Assembly (NCBI RefSeq): GCF_000760515.2
Contig: NW_013546445.1
Coordinates: 1-40,100 of the forward strand
DNA: 40,100 nucleotides
Source: Mitosporidium daphniae
Lineage: Eukaryota
Direction of reading: 5' to 3'
Shown: one piece after another, positions 31,978 to 40,100 of the stretch
Layout: each line of letters starts with the position of its first letter
Numbering within the stretch: the stretch's first letter is position 1
Notes under the pieces: model-generated
What the model saw: the letters and a program-made list of their open reading frames with translations, nothing else
The model's database searches: none
What the model was told of the DNA's origin: nothing
Translations under genes and position numbers: made by a program

Positions 31978-32000
31978 GAATTTTAATTTTTAATAAAATT

Positions 32001-32509
32001 ATGAAGTCCAGCAAAAGCGTAAATGCCAACCTTTTATCTTTTTAGGTAGTATGCTTTTCATGTAGAAGCCGGGGGCACATGCTTGAAGAATGTAAAAACA
32101 ATCCATCAGCCTCTAAGGGGAAATCTTTGAAAAAACATAATGCTGTTGTTTGCTATCGATGTGGCAGTACGGAACATTCTTTGAAATCATGCAACCAAGA
32201 AATTAAGGTCTCCCAATCGAATAGCTCTGGTAAGCCTACATAATTTTACTTTAAGAAAACTTGCCATTTGCTGAATGCTTTGTTTGTGGTGAAAAGGGAC
32301 ATCTTTCTGGAAAGTGTCCAAAAAACCCAAATGGCCTGTATCCAAATGGCGGCGGCTGTAGGTTCTGTGGCGATAACAGGCATTATGTCAAAGATTGTCC
32401 AAATAGAAAACCCATCAATAACAACGATGAATATGCGCCCGTTAATGACCAATTGCCTACAAATGCAGATGCTCCCCCTAAAAAGAAGAAGGTTGTGTTA
32501 TTTAAATAA
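32001..32509 (+). CDS. ZCCHC9: Four-zinc-knuckle protein, ZCCHC9-like
   Basis: Introns 32019-32045, 32230-32255. CFSCRSRGHMLEEC; CYRCGSTEHSLKSC; PFAECFVCGEKGHLSGKCP.NP.GLYPNGGGCRFCG...HYVKDCP. Confidence 0.85.
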
Positions 32510-32536
32510 AGAATTTTGATTTATTTTGCAGCAAAG

Positions 32537-33680
32537 TTATTCCTGTGCAGATTCCTCCTCTTCGGCAGACTTGAGCCACTCGATTAAAGGAGCCGCATAT
32601 GCTCTTAGAGCCTTGCTTTTTTCCTTGTCCCGAACAAATGTCTTTGACGGCTTTTCAGCCCATTCAAGGATTACTTCCTCTTCAACCACATCTTCATTGT
32701 AAAGCTTTTGCAAATAAATGGGAATCTTTCTTGGGATGCTATCTTGTGACGAATAAGCATGTAGTGTGCGTTCAATGCTGTTGAGGATGTTTTTTTGGCT
32801 CTTTTTATCACCGGCAATGTCTTTCCAAATTGGGATTTTGTTTGAAAATAGCTCCATGAATGCCTTGTCGTCTGAAATGTTTTCCAAAGCAACCTGGACA
32901 AGAACGGCGATCGAATAGTGGGGCTTGATTTCGAGCTCATCAATTTTCCGAAGAATTTCTTCTGAGGTTGCGTCTGGATTTTCAGAAACAAATACCCCTA
33001 AAAGCTCATAGGGATCCACTGTTATAGGTGATAAGAAACTTACAACTCACCTCGTTCAAGCTCGTCCTCATCATTTTCGTTAGTGCAGCCATTTTGATAT
33101 AAATTTAGATTTGATTCAAAGGAATTGGCCAGCTGAGAATCGGCGTCTTCTTTTTCGGCGTTAGATGGCCCTGTTGATACTGCAGCATGTTGGCCTGCTT
33201 TGAAGGCCTTTAACGTTGGCACTGCCTTTTGGATAAAAGCAGCAATCTTGTGGCGATTGTCAACAAGCCTCTTTTCACCGCAAGCCTTACAAATGGAGTT
33301 GATCATAGAAGCATCGTCAAGGATAAGATCGGTTTCCGGATTGCTGCAATTGCCACAAAGAACGTATTTGGTGATAAATTGATAGAGAATTTCCTGCAGG
33401 CGGCTGGCCTCATGGGTTCCATTTACAATATAGCGATTTGACTTATCATCACAGATCACTTGCGCTCCAAGTTCAGATCCAAAAAATTTTGTGGGCCACG
33501 AGGCAGGGCGATTGAGAGCTCTGGCAATGTCCATCATATTTGGAATGACTGTTTTGATGCCATTTCCTTTGCCTTCGATCTAAAAATAAACAAATAGCGA
33601 CAAACCTTTGATTGCACGGCAGGCATTTTGTAGCGGTAAAACTTGTCGTCGACATCTTTTCGAATGTTTAATGAAGACAT
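32537..33680 (-). CDS. TIF5: Translation initiation factor eIF5
   Basis: Introns 33580-33605, 33019-33050. DKFYRYKMP...K|IEGKGNGIKTVIPNM; KFFGSELGAQ; C..C.NPET..CKACG; W2 domain LYNEDVVEEEVILEW...WLKSAEEE. Confidence 0.95.
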
Positions 33681-33734
33681 ACACGAAAGGAATTAAAATT
33701 GACACCCCATTTAAATTTAATAAAATTTAGGAAA

Positions 33735-34118
33735 ATGAATGCCATCCCCAGAGAAGTTGTTTCCTATGTTGATGTGGACGTTTCCACCTCATCGGGTGAA
33801 ATTGGGTGCAAAAAAAAGGATTCCAAAAAGAAAGCAAAAAAGCAAGAAAGAGCCGAAAAGGTAGACTGCAGCGATTCTGATGCTTTTGACGAGCCAGAAA
33901 GCTTTCAAACGGTCGCCCTTCCCGTCGCTGCTTTTTTGTCCAATCCAGAGTTGGGCCCTACATGTGGGGAGGAATATTTATTTGTGGTTAAGGAAGAACG
34001 CAAGTTACTTCCCCCAATCATTAGCATTGGGGATGCTGTTTCCTCGACATCAAATTTGCTTACCATGGAGTCGTTGATACAAATGGGGTTTTCGTTTTCC
34101 GCCACCGGCCCCGTTTGA
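33735..34118 (+). CDS. Short protein resembling the Gemin2/SIP1 N-terminal region
   Basis: ALPV.......GPTCGEEYLFVVKEERKLLPPII resembles Gemin2 (LPV...PP.T..EYL.RV..EA..CP.VV). 127 aa with no C-terminal SMN-binding domain visible. Confidence 0.55.
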   Translation: MNAIPREVVSYVDVDVSTSSGEIGCKKKDSKKKAKKQERAEKVDCSDSDAFDEPESFQTVALPVAAFLSNPELGPTCGEEYLFVVKEERKLLPPIISIGDAVSSTSNLLTMESLIQMGFSFSATGPV

Positions 34119-34222
34119 AAATGGGTCGTGAATATTTAAATGGGCCGTTTGAAAAAGCCGCTTCACTAAGCCATGTTACCAAGCCATTTCATTAAACTAC
34201 TTTATTGCTACATCTGAAGAGG

Positions 34223-34727
34223 TTATTTAGAGTTTGAATATGTAAATAAAACTATCGCCATTATAAGCCCGTAAAGACCCAAAATCTCGGCAAAAATAAG
34301 CAAAAAGACGAACATGATAAAGAGTTTTGGATTGTTAACAAATGCATATGCGCCGATGTTTCCGATATCTCCGATTACATAGCCTGCAGAAAGAGACCCA
34401 ATGCCAACACAAAGACCTGCCGCGAAATGGAGGGAGGCGCTGTAGAATTCATACGTGCCATCTGAAGATATGCTTCCATTTATAAGAACGCCAATTACAA
34501 GGCCATAGATTCCTAAAATGCTGGCCATGATGACCGGCATTAGGGCTTTCATCATTTTATCTGGGTTTTGCGCGCAAGAAGAAACAATACCGACACCAGA
34601 TTTGCAAATACCATAGCATGCCCCCAAAGCTAGAAATAAGCCAATGCCGAATACCTGAAAGGACCATGGCTATTGAGATACCGGCCAGCCCAAAAAAGGG
34701 GGAAACCCAAAGCCAAACATTTGTCAT
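34223..34727 (-). CDS. V-ATPase 16-kDa proteolipid subunit (c or c')
   Basis: Intron 34630-34654. PFFGLAG...S|ALGACYGICKSGVGI; MKALMPVIMASILGIYGLV; LIFAEILGLYGLI with the essential Glu. Confidence 0.95.
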
Positions 34728-34807
34728 TAAATTAATTTAGAATTTTATTCCATTCAAATGGGTCCAAATTTTTACATTTTATTGATTAAAATTTGGCCTT
34801 TTAAGAA

Positions 34808-37798
34808 ATGATTATATCTCACTGCAATACCGCTGCTCGGCTGTTGTCTATCAATGCAGAGAGCCACGCAAGCTCAGCTTTGCATGCCTTTAGATCTTTT
34901 TTAGAGGTTTCTGAGGGGGATAAACTTGTATTTTACCACGAACATCAAAAGACCACGGGTAACCCCTAATCATCTAACGTTTAGCGGATCAAGCCCTAAA
35001 ATTGTAATACCCGTCGCTTATGCGTAGATCGTTCAAATTCGATGCTTGTGTTCATGAGAATCATAGCAGCTACAATTCGATTTCCGATTTTTGCGAGCAT
35101 ATTGGAATCCCAGCATTAGTTGAATGTCTTTTGCAGGGTATGCAGTACTTCGTCTCTCATATAAAGGGTACAACGTTGCACTGCTCTCGATGGCATTTGG
35201 CGATTCCAAAGAAATCGTCAAGTCCAGGTGCTGTAATGAAATTGGCTTATCGTAGAATGTCGTTGATTGTCGAGGCACTGCAAATATTGCGCCAAGTTTT
35301 ACAAGGTGTCAGGGCAGATTTGTCGTTTGGGTATTTCCTCGCTTTTTTGATGGTAGATTTGTTTCCATCGTGTCAAACAATTATCTTGTTGATGTTTCTT
35401 GTGCCGAAAAGCTGTCGCTTTCAGATATTGTACATAGGGATGACTTGTCGATTTCCTCTGCATGTCTCGATGAGATGTTTGACCACATTTTCAAACATCA
35501 AGACTCGATGCTTTCATCAATAATTTGGATCAACGCTACGTTCAAATCTAACGATGGAAAGTGTCTTTCACCGACCTTCTTTTTGTCTGATTTGGGGGAC
35601 TATTGCGGCTCGGTTTTGTCGGATTCACAATCTCATTTTTCTCACATCCGTAAATTGGCGTTATGATTTTTAGGGAAAATCGCCAATATTTTAGATAATC
35701 CCACCTCGTGCCTAGAGGTGCCATATTCGAAGCACATTGTTACAGAGTTTCTAAAGGAGGCATTTGGAGGCCATTGCCAAACGTGCATCGTTGCTCATCT
35801 GCAGAACGACAATTCTTCCATTGAGGATAAAAGCACGTTTTTAGACGGACTTGGGCTTCTTGAAATGGTCAGGAGCATTCGGACTTTTCCAATCCATATG
35901 GAGGTTTCGCCCTTTGATGTTGATGACCAGCAAAAAAAACTTTTGCAATTGAAGTCAGAATATGAGGTTTTTCTGCACAATAATCCTAGTTGCTTTATGA
36001 AGAAACAAATACAAATATGGGTCAAATGAAGATGCTTCTTGCAAGCTGTTACAAGCAAAATGAAATTTCGATTGCCCTTCTGGAAAAGGTAGGTGATGAT
36101 TGTGATGTTTATTCGCAGAAAGCAAGCTCTGCACTGATTTCAAAGGACTTGAATGGCATTTTAGAGGCCACCATTGATGTCAATAGGATCGGATATGCAA
36201 TTGAAAGGCAAGACAAGGAGTTTGAGACCCATGCAGCGTACGTTAAATATTTTGATGCATTTCAAAAGATTTTGACCCAATCGGTACAAAATTTTCAGCA
36301 ATCGTGTGCCATGCAGCTGCAAAGCGAGACCAATGTCAAGTTGAAGGATCGCATTTGCACCATTCAGTCTGAAAAGCAAAAACAGATCTCCGATCTTGAG
36401 TCTCTAGCAACGAGAAAGGCAGAAGAATCTTGTACATTAAGATCCGAAATACTGCAACTTAAGGATGAGATAAAAACATTAACAGCCTCCTTCAACGGCC
36501 AGCTTGCGCGGCTAAAAGAAGAGCATGGAAGGGAGCTGGAATCCTCTGCCTCTGCTCTTAAAGTCCAGCTTTTAGAGCGGGAAAAGCTCTCGACGGAGAG
36601 TTTGATCGCAAACTACTTTTCTAGAGAAAAAGAATTGAGCTCCAAATATGAAAAGACTGTTGAGAATCTTTCATGCCAATTATCTCTCGTTTGTACGTCC
36701 AAGGATGAAGCTACCAACAAATACGAGGCAATCGAAAAATCACTTCGAGATTACGAGATCAAAAACGTAAAATTGGAGGCAGAGATTGAAAAGCTAAAAT
36801 CCGAAAATCAGCGTTTGCTCCAGGCATCTTTGCAGGTAAAAGAAACGATCCCCAACCTCAAAAAAGGTTGTCTTCAACAAGAACCATCAAAAATACCTGA
36901 ACTGCACCAATCTCGGCCTTTAGAACACTTGGTTGGGCAATCGCATGAAGCTCAAGATAAAGATACCTCTACGCATCTGAAAAGACCGCCACAATTAATA
37001 TTTTCTTCATCAGAAGAAGAGGAAGACCCTGATAAGGTCGCCTTATTTGCACAAAACAAAAGTCCTCAAATTAGAAAGGGTCACAAGGTTTCCAGATGCC
37101 GCTTATACTCGCCAAAGAAGACCATACAGAGGCAAAGGAAAAGTGTAAAAATTGCATCTCCAAATGAAACCGACCCCACACCCCCAAGAGTTTCCATACC
37201 AGCTCAACATATTCTGGGGCCTCCTGATTCCAATATCCAAAAGAAGCAACAGAATTCTCCAACGAAAAAGCATAAAAATTCTGGCCAGGATACAGATCAA
37301 AAAATGGAACAAACAAACGAACAGGCTGGCGAAGCACGGGGCCAAACAAACAAACAGGCTGGCGAAGCACGGGGCCAAACAAAGGTCCAATCCAAATTAC
37401 CCATCCCAGATCCTCTGGATGTTCCTTTGAAGAATACTAGCATCGCTGATAAAAGAAAAGCTCAACGGGCTGCCACGAACCCCACTTCTATCAGTTCAAC
37501 TAACGAACCGTGTTCTTCCCTATTGAAAAAGTCAACCTTCAGGCCGTTGGGACCCAAATTGGCATCTTCAATCCTATCTGAAGAGAATAGTTCATTTTTG
37601 TCAAACCTTTCCCTGTCTTCAGCTAGTTCGGAAGACTCCTTCTCGTTCAGTCGGCAAAAGCATCCGGCTGCTCTTTCAATTGCCCCAAAGGTTCGTTCCA
37701 TTTGCTTAACGCTTTAGTCTTCAATTTTGCGAACAGACCCAAGCTCCATCAGCGATGCAATCAAATCTGCATTCGCCATCCGCCAGCCCAAGTTATAA
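34808..37798 (+). CDS. Degenerate kinesin-like protein: N-terminal motor-like domain, coiled coil, basic low-complexity tail (~927 aa)
   Basis: Eight introns (34959-34984, 35004-35027, 35138-35166, 35228-35255, 35331-35356, 35650-35673, 35967-35989, 37691-37717) join the frames. Kinesin landmarks appear in order: SFKFD, PALVECLLQGYNVALL, FLSDLG, VPYSKHIVTEFLKEAFGGHCQTCIVAHL. Confidence 0.72.
37310..37383 (+). repeat. Coding tandem repeat, 33-nt unit, about 2.2 copies
   Basis: CAAACAAAC(G/A)AACAGGCTGGCGAAGCACGGGGC twice plus partial; encodes QTN(E/K)QAGEARG. Confidence 0.95.
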
Positions 37799-37873
37799 CA
37801 ACTTGTGATTGTACACTATGGTTTCATTATCAATTTTGAACTTTTCATTAAATTTTTGAGCTTTCTTAACTTT

Positions 37874-38281
37874 ATGTTAATTCAGGACAGGGCAAACCAA
37901 TCCATCAACATCAATGAAAGCGACAACGACAGCACGGTGCTCACCATGCTCAATTTGAATAGACTGTCAAATTGCACTATCGAGATTTCCCTGCAAACTA
38001 CGCCTCTTTGTATTTGTGTGGATGCAATGACGAAATGCAGGGTAATATTTAAACATCCCGTTCTTCTTAATCAATTTCGAATACATAGCTGCTCGGATTC
38101 GGTCTTTGAGATAAATTCAGATAAAGCTGGATCAATCATATTGGAGAACTGCAATCGCTTGAGGTTTTATTCACACCATGCCGAAAAAATATCCATTTTT
38201 GATTTTTCAGATCCACTTGGTTTGTGCAGAAATTACGAATTATTTGGCTTTGCCAATTTATTTTTGGAAAATAAAATTTAG
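37874..38281 (+). CDS. Tubulin-binding cofactor C (C-CAP/TBCC beta-helix) domain protein
   Basis: LNRLSNCTI...VDAMTKCRV...NQFRIHSCSDS...SIILENCNRLRF...IFDFS, including the arginine-finger Q(F/L)R.H. 135 aa. Confidence 0.75.
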   Translation: MLIQDRANQSININESDNDSTVLTMLNLNRLSNCTIEISLQTTPLCICVDAMTKCRVIFKHPVLLNQFRIHSCSDSVFEINSDKAGSIILENCNRLRFYSHHAEKISIFDFSDPLGLCRNYELFGFANLFLENKI

Positions 38282-38319
38282 CTATTTAATTCACAGACTC
38301 GGCATTTCGCGAATCAGAG

Positions 38320-39615
38320 ATGAGTATTTTGCATTTTATTTTTTCAAATACAATGGTCTCACCTCTTTCAGTTTCGCCGGATACCCCAACATATATAGCG
38401 TTTATCTTGAACTTTACCATCGGGTTTTGCAATTACATTCGATTTTCTGCAGTCAATCTGATTGGCAGTGAGCTAGAGAATATATCTGACTGGCTCCTTC
38501 GGATCTTCCAATTGACCGATAATTCGCCTCAATATGTCATAAATGTATGCCAGGTGTTCTATCTTTTGTGTGCGCTGGTAAAGTGTGTTCAAAATTCTTG
38601 GTCAAACCACAAGTCTACCCTCGACTCTCTGGAGAACTCTAGGCATCACGGAATATCAGCCATCGTTCCAAGAGTATTAAAAAATCATCAAGCTCAAAAG
38701 AAGCCGTTTACGCCTTACGATAAACTCGTTCATACTTTAAGGCTAGTTTTTGGAATTGCTTTTGCACTCGCATTACAAACCGGCATTCCTTCTGTGATCC
38801 TCGAAGCATACTCTGCGAACCCGATCGATGCCTTTGCAGACGAGGATTTGTACTTTGAAAGGTTTTTCTCGATCTCTAAATATTCGGCATTCTTGCTAGC
38901 CAACACGGCAAGCTCTATTTTTTGGCTTTGGGCATCGTGTTTATATGTATGTCCGGATGTTCCGTTTAAAATTGTGGTTGTCCCCGTTGTTTATATGATT
39001 AAGGTCATCTTATTCTTTGTCGTTAGAAGGATATTCCGCAATTGTTGGAACCCAGATGCCTCCAATGTGGGAAGTTATGTCCAGCTCTACTTGTCTCCAT
39101 ATACAGCTTACCCCTGCATTTTGTTCTCTTTTGGAATGCTGGTGTTGATTGCCGGTGTGATTGGCACTCCAGATCCTGCTATAACGGGCCGAATCAAGAT
39201 CCCTTCTATTTTTCTATTTATTGTTTTGTCGAGCCTTAGCGGGATATTAATTTCCAACATCAACTTCCTGCCTAAAATGCTTTTCGAACTTTTAAGATCC
39301 GATATTTCAAGCTCAGGTTCGTATGTGCTTGCCTTGCATTTCTTTCCGTTTAATTACAACGGAAACCTGTCATCATTCGCATTTTGCATGCTTACTTTCC
39401 TAATGTTCATGGAAACCGGTGCTCGCAGTGCCTCTTCGTCTTTCAAAACCCCTGTAAACTCGTGGGGTGAGGCTTTTCAAGAAATTTACAAGTATCTGAT
39501 GTGCGTCTCTTCTGTCATTTCCAGTGTGGAACGCTATCCTATCTCCGTGATTGCAGCTGCATTTTACCTGATTAAGCCCTTTAAAATTACGCTCCCATCG
39601 GTTAATAGCGAGTAA
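38320..39615 (+). CDS. Multi-pass membrane protein of unknown family
   Basis: 431-aa intronless ORF with many hydrophobic segments. No motif recognised. Confidence 0.75.
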   Translation: MSILHFIFSNTMVSPLSVSPDTPTYIAFILNFTIGFCNYIRFSAVNLIGSELENISDWLLRIFQLTDNSPQYVINVCQVFYLLCALVKCVQNSWSNHKSTLDSLENSRHHGISAIVPRVLKNHQAQKKPFTPYDKLVHTLRLVFGIAFALALQTGIPSVILEAYSANPIDAFADEDLYFERFFSISKYSAFLLANTASSIFWLWASCLYVCPDVPFKIVVVPVVYMIKVILFFVVRRIFRNCWNPDASNVGSYVQLYLSPYTAYPCILFSFGMLVLIAGVIGTPDPAITGRIKIPSIFLFIVLSSLSGILISNINFLPKMLFELLRSDISSSGSYVLALHFFPFNYNGNLSSFAFCMLTFLMFMETGARSASSSFKTPVNSWGEAFQEIYKYLMCVSSVISSVERYPISVIAAAFYLIKPFKITLPSVNSE

Positions 39616-39677
39616 CCCCGAGCTTTGCAATAAAAAATCCATGTTATTGATTCGAGCTGTGTCGCTTACTTAAATTA

Positions 39678-39699
39678 AACCCTAACTCTAACCCTAACC
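39678..39699 (+). repeat. Short telomere-like (CCCTAA)-type tract
   Basis: AACCCTAACTCTAACCCTAACC: about 3.5 units with one mismatch. Confidence 0.7.
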
Positions 39700-39820
39700 A
39701 AATCTTTAAAAGCCATCCCAATAGAGTCATTAAATGTTACAACACATAGTTTGCTCGCTCGCTGCTACCTTCCACGTCATTTGTTGGTGTATGCCGTCTA
39801 TGTTGCGCCCACATATTCAA

Positions 39821-40100
39821 TTAGGCATATTTTATTTCATCATCAATATCGGAATCAGAGCCAATAGAGGCCTTCAACAGTTGAAATTCCGCCTCTACAT
39901 TAGATAATAGACCGCTAATTTGATACTCGTCGTAATACTGATCGATTTTATCAATTGGCAATCGAAGCAGGTCAAAGATGGCGTAAACTGCTGTCAATTT
40001 CCTGTCCTTGGCAAACGAATACGATGTTGCTACTGAGGGAGGAGAGGCAACCGGATAGCGCTGTGAGAAATGCGTCAATATTAAATAGCGTATCAAATTA
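39821..40100 (-). CDS. TRZ1: RNase Z (Trz1/ELAC2) C-terminal end; 5' part lies outside the window
   Basis: LILTHFSQRYP motif followed by a YAIFDLL segment. Confidence 0.85.
   Translation of the reverse strand, partial: NLIRYLILTHFSQRYPVASPPSVATSYSFAKDRKLTAVYAIFDLLRLPIDKIDQYYDEYQISGLLSNVEAEFQLLKASIGSDSDIDDEIKYA

Noticed and set aside
1..40100. Mobile elements or prokaryotic defence systems
   Set aside because: No transposase, RT, integrase, terminal repeats or operon-like bacterial genes seen.

Overview
This is not prokaryotic DNA. It is a very compact eukaryotic chromosome segment with about 35 protein genes, 3 tRNA genes, about 50 tiny spliceosomal introns (23-37 nt) and intergenic spacers often only 1-60 bp. 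The ORF track is fragmented by these introns. I spliced the genes by hand, and every multi-exon model gives a CDS length divisible by 3. Fungal/opisthokont-type proteins, microsporidian-like compaction and retained mitochondrial functions (BCKDH E1a, GCDH, Sdh5, Tim23, Isa1, mitoribosomal proteins) point to an early-diverging microsporidian relative or Rozellomycota (Mitosporidium-like). That taxonomy is inference. Most notable findings: (1) a ~927-aa kinesin whose P-loop and switch motifs are degenerate (pseudo-kinesin), lying among the tubulin-folding genes TBCA, TBCC and ARL2; (2) an apparently nucleus-encoded mitochondrial Rps3/Var1; (3) a block of intronless orphan secreted proteins, two of which share an upstream motif; (4) a stand-alone BPL_N protein with no AUG before its conserved N-terminus; (5) a telomerase-template-like sequence in an oversized convergent spacer; (6) GC-AG micro-introns; (7) tRNA genes directly upstream of co-oriented mRNAs. 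All family assignments come from recognising motifs by eye; no database searches were run.
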